NCBI GenBank assembly: GCA_023213395.1
Contig: CM041465.1
Span: 172,057,741-172,121,740, forward strand
Direction of reading: 5' to 3'
Length of the DNA stretch: 64,000 nt
DNA from: Cycas panzhihuaensis
Lineage: Eukaryota; Plantae; Cycadophyta
Shown: positions 11,547 through 24,009 of the stretch, one piece after another
How positions within the stretch are numbered: position 1 is the first letter of the stretch
Layout of the letters: the number at the start of each line of letters is the position of its first letter
The notes under the pieces: model-generated
Told to the model about the DNA's origin: nothing
Database searches by the model: none
The model's input: only the letters and a program-made list of their open reading frames with translations
Position numbers and translations under genes: made by a program

Positions 11547-11725
11547 TTGCCTTCATCTTTTATTGAAGGCAACACAATTTGAAGTAACTATAACATTTAC
11601 AATACTGTTTTCACTTTTGTTTAAGGCAATAACATTTGCAACAATGTAATACTTACAATAATGCCTTCACTTTTTGTTGAATGTAAAACCATCTACAACA
11701 ATACATTCAATTTTTATTAAAGCAA
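11547..11725. repeat. Array of the palindromic 26-bp motif TTGCCTTCA-N8-TGAAGGCAA (4 degenerate copies)
   Basis: Perfect copy at 11547-11572; degenerate copies at 11605, 11661 and 11701. Confidence 0.75.
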
Positions 11726-12374
11726 CAACATCTACAATAATGCAACATCTACCCTCCTAAAACATGGACATTCAGGTGGCGCTATAAAAGATAAGCATTG
11801 AAACACTCATGTTCCTAGTACAACATGGGCAATACTTAATTGGATGTAGTGTGTAAAGTCTCCTTACATGAAGACTTTAACTAGGTTTCGATAGTTTATA
11901 AAAATAGAATATTTAATAGGCTCTTGCAACTCTTTCTAAATATTTATTAAATTCATAAGCCATCTTTGTCCATTTACCATTTTGTGCACAAAAAGGTAAT
12001 TGACTTGATTTTCTACCCTAGTGATTCATTCTTGAGAACATCTTAAAGTAAAATAACTTTCCAAAAACAACTCATAAGTATGTAAAAAAAGTTCCTAAAT
12101 TCTTAATCAAACTACTAACTGAGCATAAATTCAAAACTTGAGAAGGATTTTTATACAAGATGGAGTCTAACTTGTTTATATACTATCTTTATAAAATCAT
12201 ATTGACTCATTGGCTTCTTATACAACTTTAGCCTATATTCATTTGTGAATAATTGTTGATGTGGTTCTTCTATTATTTAACTTAGTAGGCCCCCAAACAT
12301 CAATTCTTAAATTTTCTTTAAAAATCATTATACCTTAAGTCATACAATATGCCCAATCGCCTAGATTAAAAGTA

Positions 12375-13245
12375 TGTGTTTTCATGTATCTCTACATGCG
12401 AACCACAATAACAACTAGATAAAACAAGCACAAGAAACACCAAATAAATATGATATTATTAGAAATAGGGAATTGTGTCTGGTTATCTTACAACCATAGG
12501 CTAGCCTAAATAATACACAAGATATGTAGTTGTGGCATCAAGCGTACTATAGCAAGAAGACTGTATAATCCATTTTCTTACACACACACCCCCTTCTTAG
12601 ACCAACTCCTTTTTATATAAAAAATAGGTAGTTTAACTACCACTATTATATAAAAATAATATGAAATTTTCTATACAATAAATTGACCAATTATATTTTT
12701 GGAACTAACTATGAATAGCTATAATTTTAATTACTATTATGATCTAGTCTTAACTACAATCTTGACTATGATCTATTTGTAACTGGAGTCCTAACTATGA
12801 TCTAGTTGTAACTATTATTATAGCTATGTTCCAGTCATAACTACAACTTCAATTGTGATCTAGTTGCAACTATTTTTCCAACTATGATCTGGTCATAATT
12901 GTCACTCTAATTGTAATGTGGTTGCAACTGTAACTTCAACTGTGATTTGGTCTTAATTGTTACTCTAATTACAATCTGGTCGCAATCATAACTTTCACTA
13001 TGACCTGGTCACAACCATAGTTCCAACTATAATTTGGTCATAATTTCCACTCTAACTACAATTTGGTCATAACCACAACTCCAACTGTAATCTAGTCATA
13101 ATAACTCCTCTAACTGCAGTCTGGTGATGATTGCAACTCTAATTGTAAGCTAGTTGTAATTACAACTTTAATTATAAACTAGTTGTAATCACAACTAAGA
13201 CCTCAACAACTCCAAAATATATACATGTAATTTCACATGCACACA
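12375..13245 (-). repeat. Element D 3' LTR
   Basis: TG...CA boundaries, abuts the PPT, homologous to 21935-22748. Confidence 0.85.
12735..13200. repeat. 29-bp tandem array in the D 3' LTR (~16 degenerate copies)
   Basis: Unit like AACTATGATCTGGTCATAACTGTAGTCCC. Confidence 0.85.
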
Positions 13246-13319
13246 TCTCCCTTGTCACAACTCTGACAAGTGTCCTCACTTGTTCCAAAATTTAAAAAAA
13301 ATATAATCTCCTACTCCTT

Positions 13320-15040
13320 CCCCCTAAAACTTTTGAAATAAGGATGCCATACCTCTTTCCTTTCCTTTTGCAACTTATTCATCACTTCTCGTATATATTA
13401 TGGATCTGGCTGCACAATAGCCAGAGGTACTTAGATTCCTTAAGAATGACAATGATCCACCAAAATGCCAATATCACATAAGGCATCTATTTATGTAAGA
13501 GTGGGTGTGTCCCCAGAAAGCATTTACTTAATTTCTTGCATGAGCTCTAACTTCATCAGTTTAGTTTAGTACAGATCCTATCTTAGATAAAAAATATTAC
13601 TCCAAAATCTATTAGAATTCCTAGCTTCCTCCTACTTTTCTAGAATCTAGGCTCTTAACTTATATATCACCTCATACAGTCTAAGAGGAATGTCCTATTT
13701 AAAACTCACTTTAAATGCTTGCATCTAATGGTCAATAGTATCTGTGTCTCCTACCCACTTCATAATGAATTATTTCAAGAAATCCAAATGATCGTCAGTC
13801 ATAGTTAGTTTCTTCTCTAACTTTTGTATCCTCTACATGTCAAGCAGAGGCCTCTTAGTCCTTTGCCCTAGCTCTGAGTGACTTTTACCAAAAAGGATGT
13901 CTTTCACTGTGAGACATCTTGAGGATCATAAGACGTTGGATTTAGACCTTCTTCCATAATATCTTTAGAGGGGTCAAAATTAATTTTTGGTAGTTGATTA
14001 TTTAATTGCTCTTAAATTTCTTATTATCTCCTTATTGTGGCTAACTTTCTTCTTTTTTAGTATTCTTGTTCAATAAATTTCAATACTATTGGCTACTGTA
14101 TATGTCTTTCTTCAATAATAGTTAGCTCTTCTCCTACCTTTCATTTCCTTGTTCTAATTTCCTTCTTTTTTTGACTTTTTATTTTCTCATCTTCTCTCTA
14201 TGAGGTCAGCCCCACTCATGGTTTCTTATATTCTTCTTGTTCATATTCCTTTTTTGTAAGAGACAGTTGTGGGTTTCTGGCTTTCCACTACTATTGAATC
14301 TAAGCCATTACCTACTTATGCAATCTCGATAGCAGCCTTGAATTATACCCCCATTCCCTAGTGAACATCTCGGTCCATTTCACCAAAAGGGATTATCCTT
14401 CTTCGACTAACGGAAGTTTGGTACATGGGCATTGAGAAAATACCAAACTTTGAAGCAAGGTTGGGTAGAAAAGCATTATGGACTATGTGGTGTTCCTTAC
14501 AATTTCAAGATTCTTTAAAAATCTACTAGAAATAAATTTAGCCTAGTTATACCAATGTCCTTGTGTAACATTAATCAACATTAAATGTAAATGACTTGGG
14601 ACAAAGAGATTTTTTTGTCTTAGTATAACCCTAGTAAATAAAAAATGTGTTACTCAATGCATTTCCTTTGAAGAAATCTATGAAATTTGAATTTTCAAAC
14701 TAGAAACATTAAACTCTTTCGCTCCAATTTGGTATGTTGTTTGCTCTCTAGAAATCTATTTGTCCTTGGGGATGTCAGGTCCATCGTTTAACAACCTAGT
14801 CAAACATGCAATTGCCTTGGTCAAATAATCAAGTATATGGGGTCGCTTAGCCACCATTGTTATTATGACTATGAGGAAGTTGAAGACAAATGGAAGGATG
14901 CCTATCCAAATATATTGTTTGAAATCTGTGACTATCAAATTCTTCCTATGGTGATCCTCTGGTGGCATCTCTAGCCATTCCTGCCAAATTTGTTCATCAT
15001 CTATTTCATGGAATGCCACTATAAACTATCACAATTCCTT
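13320..15040 (-). pseudogene. Element D accessory ORF downstream of pol
   Basis: ORF 14756-15019 (IWQEWLEMPPEDHHR...) plus further broken frames down to the PPT. The C-terminal KLRA*ILEK..IDALCDIGIL resembles the C-terminal domain of B's accessory ORF. Confidence 0.6.
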
Positions 15041-15399
15041 AGTCGTCATTGCTCTTTAATCACACAGTGAAGTTTGAATTGGGATTTCTCTTTCTTTAGT
15101 ACAAAAAAAATATTGATGTTGGGGGTTTCAAAACCATAAATAAATAACTATTTACTATAATAGTAATGGGAGATTGTCATTCCTGTCATCTCTTATCATA
15201 TCATAATCATGGTAGAGATGCTGCCAAAATTATGAGCTCTTCATATTAAAGGCCAGCTTATAATTATTTGGTTGCAATTGTCAATCACTATGACCATAGT
15301 TATTGTTGTTGATTATGATATTTTTCTTAATTTAGTCCTTTTCTTTGATTATCTTCACTATGATTGTGACATTTTACTGCCCTCATGATTTGCATCAAT

Positions 15400-18300
15400 T
15401 TTCCTTTTCTCTACCTTGCTATATATGGCTTCAACTAAATTTCGTTGATCACCTTTGGTAGTAAATTACCATTAAGCTATCTAAGTTGGATTGCTCTATT
15501 TCTCTTGATGTGGTTCACCTTATATCATCCTAACCATTGTAGTTTTATCTTACCAGGATACAAACAAAATTTGTTATTATACATCAGTACCAAATCACCT
15601 TCCTTAAATTATGGTGTCCACAGATGTCAATTATGTAATGCTTTTTGCCTTTTCTTTTCAAATTTTAATTCCCATAAAGCTCTCACTCTTCATTCATTAA
15701 GGTTTAAGAGCTCCACAATCCTTTAATCTCAAGAATCTTGCTTCTTCATCCATAGTTGAACTACTACTATGAAACTTTTAACTTGTAATTCCAATGCAAG
15801 CATAACTTCTAAGACATATATTAACTAAAATAACATTTATTTATGAGGTCTTGCAATTATTGTTCTATCTACCTAAAGAACAAAATCTAATTATTTTTCT
15901 TAATCATTCCTTCCTTTACTATAAATTTTAGATAAATCTAACTTTAAAATCTTATTAGTATTTTCAATTTGATCGTTAGCTCTAAGATAGTAATGAGAGG
16001 ATTGATAGTGTTAGATCATAAATTCATTAATAAGATGTTTTATGGTACTATTTAAGGAACCACCACCTTGATCTGACACTAATTCTAAAGGGAAACAAAA
16101 ACAAACAATGATTATTTCATATAAATACCTTGTTGTACTCCTAGCATCATAAGTTTTGAGAGGTCACGCTTCTATCCATTTCATTAGAAAATCTATGGCC
16201 ACTAATATATATCTTGTGTTGGCTTGCTTGGCTAAGAGGGGCTAATTGGTCCAATGAAATCTAGTCCCCATTTCTCGAATAGAGTTTGGGCTAGAATTAG
16301 ATGAAGAGGCATGAAGTGATGTTTACCTATTTTGCCTACATATTGACAAACATCGTAGCCACGAACCCACTTCTTAGTGTCTTCAAATAATGTTAACCAC
16401 CATAGTCTTACCAATAAAATTTTTCATGTTGTGGATTCAATGCGTTGTTGTTTTGTTGTTACTCCTTTGTGAGCCTCCTATAGCATTGCTTACACTTCAT
16501 GCTCTAACATGCATCTTTACAATACCCCATTCGAACCTAACATATATAACATTCCTTGTACCAGTTGAAATGAAAGGTCTTTCGGATGAAGCTCTGTCTT
16601 TCCACCTATTCTAGTCCTTTTGGTGTCTATCTTATGGCTAAGTATTCTACAATTCCTTTATACCATTTTGGTACTGCTTTAATAGAGGATAATTTAGTGT
16701 CAAAAAAATCATCATATATCCCTATGGAAGGTTCTCCATTTTCCTCTCACGATAGCACATCAGATACTATATGCTTTTTTTATTTTTTTACAATAATATT
16801 AATATTAAATTATTGAAACAATATTAACTATCTACTGATCCTTCCCCACAAAATTGGTTTATTTATCAAGTATTGCAAAGCCCGATGATCTACAAAGAAG
16901 TTAGAAGGATTGGCAAATAAATAATGCCTAAATTTTTGTAAGGCATAAACCATGCCCAAGCCTTCGCGCTTAGTGACTGAGTAATTTTGCTTGGCCTGAG
17001 TTAACTTACGATTGGAAAAATAGATGGGGAGATCTATATTGCCATCTCTTAGTTGGTCTAATACACATCTAATAGCTAATAATAAAGCATCTGTGTGTAC
17101 ATGAAAGGGTCTATCCTAATTTGGAAATCTTAGAATGGGTACTTATGCAATCTTTCTCTTTAGTAGATCAAACACCAATTGTTGCCGTAATTTCCATTGC
17201 CATATCATCTACTTTTTCTATAGGGTCTCTACAAAATTAACTATTTGGGTATATTCCTTAATAAAGTTTCTATAATACCATGTCAGGCCCAAGAAACCTT
17301 TTATCTACTTTGTTATCTTCATGTAGGAAAATTCAAAATAACTACCACCTTATTTGGATCTATCTATAGACCACCTTTTGTTACCACATGTCCTAACAAG
17401 GATCTAAATAGAACCATGAATGTACATTTGAATGGATTCAGACATTATTTACTCCTCTTACATATCTCTAACATCAACCATAAATTCCCAAGATGATCTT
17501 TAAGCAAGATGTAGATTGTCCAATCATCCAAAAACACTTTAATTATTTTTCATTATCTATTGAAAAATATTTAAAAGTATTCTTTAAAAAGTGGTTGGTG
17601 CATTAGTTAGCCTAATAGGCATGATTATACATGTAAGTTCTCCACTTGATGACAAAAGTTGTATTTAGCTAGTCCTCTTGGGTAATCCTGACTTGATTAT
17701 AACCTCTAAGTCTGTTCGTGAAAGAATATGCTTCATGCCCTACCACTTTCTCTAGAATGTCTTTAGTAAATAGAATGGGAAATGGGTCTTTTTTCTCATT
17801 GCCTTATTCAAAGCTCTATAGTCTACACAGGCTCTTAATTTCCCATTCTTTTTTGGCATTACAACCATTAGACTCACCCATTCACTATTTTCAACTTCAA
17901 AGATATAACCAACTTCCAACAACTTATCCAATTATGCTTTCACCTTTTCGTTATATTTAGGATTCATTTGGTAGGGATGTTATTGAACAGGCTTTGCCCC
18001 CTCTACTAGTGCTATCTGATGCTCTCTCAACTCTGGTGGTATACCTTTTAAGTCCTAATAAGACCAGGTGAAGACATTCTTATACTCTAAGAAAAATATT
18101 ATGTCATGTTCTATTGTCTCCACATCCCAATAATCTCCTATAAAAATCATATGGGGTTGCTCTTTTGTGCTAATGTTAATCTATTCCAACTTCAACTACT
18201 CACTTTGAATCATTTTGCTATCTTAACTCAATGTATAAGCTGGAGTTTGATCAATTGCTCATTCTCCATACTCCATAGTGGAGTAATCTAGAAAAATTTT

Positions 18301-21300
18301 GTTCATGCTTCCTTTATCCTTATTTGAGTCTTTCTCAGAGTGAGATTCCACAATGTTCATCTAAAAATAACTTCAATCAATGTTCATTATTTTGATTCTA
18401 AAACTGGTTAAAATTATTTAAATTCACTAATCATCACTATTGTACATAAAAAATTTATAAAAATCTTTAGTCAACAAATCCTAATCTACCAACTATATTT
18501 GTTCACAATCATTATACCATATTGTTGAAATCCCCTCAAAGGTTTATGCACATCTTTATAGCCATTTACTTTTTGGAATTTGATTCATAACCTAATTTTG
18601 TATATATTTCTTTATATAAATTTCAAGGTTATATCCATTCCAAAACATTAGCAATATTGTTCCTTGGTTTTGAAATCTTATGAAGAAATTTCTACTTAAT
18701 TCATTCTGAGATTTAAAATTATGGCCATGGGTAGTATAGCATGGGAAAGTTTGTCCTATGAGGGACAATAGAAATAAGGAATAATAGAATTCTTCTTGCC
18801 ATTTATTCTTTAAAAATTAGGTACAATATTTTAAATGTTTTTCTACATGGCCCCAATGGCCCTAGAATTTTGGCTAATTTTTAGGGATTTCCCTAGGAAT
18901 TTCTAAATTGCCTTGAGATTTTTGTACGTTTCATTCAACTTCTTCCTTATCCTAGAGAATTGAGGATGGTTCTTTCTTTAAAATTTCTTTCCTTTCTTGG
19001 TGCTCTAAAGAATCATCACAAAATTCTAACCTATAGTAAGGAGTGGATTTTTCCTCATCTTATGTGTTCTAAAGCTAATTCATCATATATGACAATGATG
19101 CATTACTTAATAATGTTGGTTGTAACTGGTATGCTATTTATGAATAGGGACTTATTGTGGGTTCTATTCCTATAGTCATCGATAATGCTCTTTCTTCATC
19201 TTCAATTTTTTTGATATGAGGTCCATCCGAGTATAGTAGCAAAGTCACTACCTTATTACCTGTTGAAAGTGTAAAAATATATCTACCCTGGTCTTGAATG
19301 GATTTAGTTGCTAGAAGCCACAGTATTCTTAGTAATGCAAAATAATTTTTTCTTTAACTCTACATATGAACCACTATAAAGTCCATTAAGTCTATGATTC
19401 TAGCTACAGTGATTAGAACATTTATCAATGTTCTCATTGGTCTAACCTAGAGTTGGTTAGCTAGTTAAATTGAATAATTTGGGGTAACCACTTCTAGCCT
19501 TCTTAGATCTATCCAAGAAGATTCAGGAAGCATATTCACTCTTGATCCACCCTCCACAGTTGTTCTACATAATGTTGTTTCAAGGATAACCATTAGAATT
19601 CTAGGCTCTACTCTATTATCTTTGATTACTCTCATCATAAGCTTCTCAATATTGTCCAAAATTATTTGTTGAAAGTAGCTAGCTTCCCACTACTTAAACA
19701 CTATATAATGGGAATTAATACTCCTAATTCTATTAATAAATCATTGACAGCATGAAGTCTTTGCCAGGGCTTCATACCTTCTTTACCTAAAGAAGGAGCT
19801 TTAGGAATTGTCATTCTTTTATATGTTTATCCTTTAAATTATTGTTCCTCTTGAATCTCCTCCTACTAGACTTCACCCATTGCATCTTGATGGATCTTTA
19901 CAACTTCTTAGAGTCTCTATATTTCCAATGTTGGACCCAAAAAGGTATCCTAAAGGGACATTGTAGTTATCTTATCGCTCCATATTTGTGATTGTATTGG
20001 TACCTCCTTATCTAGAATAATTGAGATGAGATTGACATTTTGAAGTTGATTATTTTTTAAATAATTTACCCACTCGCGATTTGCTGGTCCACATCCTTCA
20101 TAGATAAAGTCACTACCTTTTTTTTTTTCCAATGGTTAGTCTAATCTAAAATGTCCCAATCTTTAGCACAAAAAATAATGGACTAGATTCATTTTGCCTT
20201 TATATTGTTTTCCTAATCATTCAATTTTCTAAAAAAATATATTATGAACTTCACTATTTGGTCAAGAGAAGTATTCCTATATATTGTGGTTGGATTTTCT
20301 ATAATATTTACACTATTTTGTCAACCCATTGTGTTCATTTTTCAGATGACCTTGCTAATTGCAACGTGGAGGGCATGCATCAAATATTATCTCAAATTTA
20401 TCTAAGCACAACTGGGCTAATTCTACATGTAATTTCTCCACTTCTTAATTATGTTGCATGCTTATAGGTACTAATATAAATGGTTGTTACTTTAATGCCT
20501 CCACTTCTTTTCTCAGCTCTTCAATTTTTAGATTCATTCCCATATGAGGCATTTATATATTGTATTGACTGTTTGTCAACTAGGATTGTGTTTTTGCCCC
20601 TAGCTATGGTAATTTGAGAGAAAATTAGTCCTATTTATGAAGCTTGCTATATTACCAACTGGGAGTGTGCCATCTTCATTTGATTTTTGAGCTTCAAGGC
20701 TAGTTCCCACTCCTACTCATAGTTATTCATTAAATGTAATGTGACTTTATCTCTTAATTATAGAATTAATCCTTGTATAAAATATTTCATTACTAACATA
20801 GGATTAATTGCCATGGATGGTTATATTTTATTCATTATGATTTATATTTGTCTGTCAAAATCATTGATTGATTCTCTAGGATACTGTTTTATTTCTTCTA
20901 AGGCTTGGAATATGGCCATTGGATCTCTCAATTTTTGGAAACGAACCAGAAACTACCCACAATTGATCCCATAATAAATTATGCATCGCTACATATTGGA
21001 ACCAAGTGATCGATACTCCTCATAATGTAGAGAAAAATCAAGCTTTGATGTCATTAGGATCCACAATTCTTTTAATCTATAACATATTTTTAAATAATGC
21101 CAAATAATCTCCTAGATTTGTGGATCCATCAAATTATAGGCTTGAAAAGGCAAAATCATTTTACATAATAATGTAGGCTACCACAAGTCCCATTCCACTT
21201 CCTTGACCCACTCTACCTGGTGGTTGATTTCTACCTCTGCCTATATTAGTAAAAAGCAATTGATTTGATGATGGCCCTTTGCCACCTAGATTTCCTCCTA

Positions 21301-21845
21301 GTGGTGAATTACCACCTCCTACACTTCCAACTAGAGTTGACATTAGTGACTTAAAGAGAGGATTTAATATATGGTTTATGGGAGTTCTCACTTCAAGCTA
21401 ATGATGATTCTAGCCTAAATTCATTGTACTATATAATTCTAGTTCAATCAAATTATCTTTATTTACTTATGATGTTATTTCTTCTCAAGGTTCCTCTTTG
21501 GCCATGTTGTTTTGTAACTTTTCTCTTTCTAAAAAACCTTCCTCAACTATTTCTTTTTGTAACAGTCCTTCTTCAAGAGGATCCTCTTCTAATGTATACC
21601 TTTGGTTGCATGTAGTCTATGTCATATTTTCTTTGACAGAATATCCACTCATCTTAACATTCACTTCTTTCTTTAATTTTCCTTCTATACTCGAGTTCTT
21701 CCTTCTTGTCAAGTTAGCAAGGCCTCTTCACTTGCTTTCTTAGCATAAGTATAAATCTTGACTTACGTACTCTCACTTGGAGTTTATCTTCTTCCTAACG
21801 CTCTCAGTGTTCACAACGTAATTCTACTTCAATCCTAGGCGGCAT
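15400..21845 (-). pseudogene. Element D gag-pol
   Basis: Start MPPRIE at 21845; decayed CCHC knuckle ~20140-20180; protease VEGGSRVNM ~19540; RT VFLDDW ~17530; integrase CQYVG..FEKWGLDFIGPI 16232-16414; GPY-like region ~15520. Confidence 0.85.
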
Positions 21846-21934
21846 GGAAGAGGTCCTAAATTTCTTACTCAGCTTACCTATTATGCTTTACTTATTCATG
21901 TCTCTCATTGAATTTGTGTAGGTAATAGAACCAA

Positions 21935-22748
21935 TGTGTTGTCTTGCTCTATCTCTGCATGTCAACCATAATAACAACTAAATAAACCAAGCATAAGAAA
22001 CACTAAATATAATGCAAAGCATGATATTATTGGAAAGAGGAAATTACATCTAGTCCTCTCACAACCAAATGTAGGCCCAAACAGTACATAAGATGTACAA
22101 TTATGGCGTCAAGCCTATTATAGCAGGAAAACTCTGCAATCCCTTTTCTCACATATATACACATGCCTTTGTAGACTGACTTTGACTCATTTTAATACAA
22201 AAAATAGGTAGTTTAACTACCATTATTACATAAAAATGGTATGACAATTTATATACAATAAAACAACCAATTACGTTCTTGAAACTAACTATCAATGATT
22301 GTAATTTCGATAAATATTACGATTTGGTCACAACCATAGTCCCAACTATGATCTGGTCATAACTGTAGTCCCAATTGTGATCTAGTCATAACTTTTGTTC
22401 TAACTGCGGTCCAGTTGAAACTGCAACTTCAATTATGATTTAGTTATGTCTATCACTCCAACTATAATCTAGTTGCAACTGTAACTCTAACTGTGACCTG
22501 GTTGCAACTACTGCTTCAACTATGATCTAGTCACAACCACAGTTCCAACTATGATCTAGTTACAACTGTTGCTCCAATTGTAATCTAGTCACAACTACAA
22601 CTTTAACTACAACCTAGTTACAATAGTTGGTCCAACTCCATCTGGTCGCAACTATAACTCTAGCTGTAACCCAATTATAACTACAACTTCAACTGTGATC
22701 TGAATGCAATCACAACTATAACCTCAACAACTCTAAAATATATACATA
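21935..22748 (-). repeat. Element D 5' LTR with a 29-bp tandem array (~22315-22720)
   Basis: Homologous to 12375-13245; the outer end has a small deletion. Confidence 0.85.
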
Positions 22749-24009
22749 AAACATTTTTTGTCAGATGTAACAATCATACCACTACTTCCTCTGATGTTGT
22801 ACAATATGAGTGTTTTTTATAAATCTTACTCCAAAACCTTGTCCAGTTCATAAATATCTATTAAGCTTTATTTTTAGGCCATAATCAATAATACCTCCAA
22901 TTCACTAGTTGTCCTAAATGTTTTAATCTCTAATTCAATTAGCATAACAACATATTCCCTATATACGAATTTGAAGAGGCTAAATCTTAGGTGTATCTTC
23001 CAAGTAACACAACATGTCTATACAACTTTTGGTAGTCTTTCTCCTTAATCATTCTTGTGTAATTGGATAATCTTAATGATAATCTTTTTTAGTTTTTTAT
23101 TTATAACCTCAACTTGACCATTTGCTTATGGGTAATACTAGGTGGATTTACGATGTCATACATTATACTCATCTATAAGAGTTGAAATCACATGATTTAG
23201 AAAGGGTTTCTCCTTCTCACTTACTAACTCCCAAGGTGAAGGAATGATGGATCTACAGAATAAATCACTCACATGCATACAATGGCAATAGAGAATGAAA
23301 ACGAAATGAAACAATATATGAGAGCAAGCTAAGATGTGAGAATGAATAATAACTCCCTCATTGAGATTTCGTCTTTTATTATTGAGGATGAGCATTAGGG
23401 TTAGGATTTTCCCGCCTAATAACATGAACTCGAAATTACATCTAAATATACATAAAATATATTTCATTAAGACAATAATACTAATTAATATATCCTAAGG
23501 TCATATAATTAATCTACATAAATGACCTTGATACATTAACCTCTTTCAATCCCCCCCTTAATGGGGGAAAGTCATTTTTGATAAAATCTATTTTATGAGG
23601 TCTTCATTTGAGCTTTATTATTACATTAAAATTTTAAATGACACTTTTGTAGGAAAACTCTCATGGGAAATAAAAACCCATGAACTTTCTAAGATCTATA
23701 GCCCCTTTTATAAATTAAAATGGTTAAGGTGGCTCTTTGATATAACATGGTAGCCAAGTAACTTAAATGTGTAGCTTAATCTGCTAAGTCTCTATATATT
23801 GTTCAGTTATCCCTTATGCCCTTTTGGGTTTTCATAGGTTCTGATTTTCTAAAACTAGTACAACCCTTATCCTTCTATGCCCACATGAGATTTTTACAAA
23901 GAGGATAGAGTAAAGACTTACTCTTATTTTTCTGCGCCCATAAGGGATTTTTACGAAGAGAATAGAGTATGATGATCATGTTACCATCTTCATTAATCAA
24001 TCAAAGATG

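Larger units (their letters stand above)
12375..22748 (-). mobile_element. Element D: full-length decayed non-chromovirus Ty3/gypsy with a 3' accessory ORF
   Basis: LTRs 12375-13245 and 21935-~22748. PPT 13246-13253. PBS TGGTTCTATTACC (~21921-21933) is interpretable as a decayed tRNA-Glu PBS TGGTTCCGTTGCC. Domain order gag-PR-RT-RH-INT. Degenerate TSD AAGTA/AAACA. Confidence 0.85.

Noticed and set aside
11748-11758. Purine tract (minus AGGAGGGTAGA-TG) as PPT and 3' LTR start of B
   Set aside because: Adjacent DNA does not align with the candidate 5' LTR beyond the dyad motif, and accessory ORFs continue downstream; not fully excluded.
12735-13200. 29-bp array as a CRISPR array
   Set aside because: Contiguous tandem units without unique spacers, located inside LTRs.
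23395-23406. TTAGGGTTAGG as an interstitial telomere
   Set aside because: Under two units, and a fixed part of all four C LTRs.
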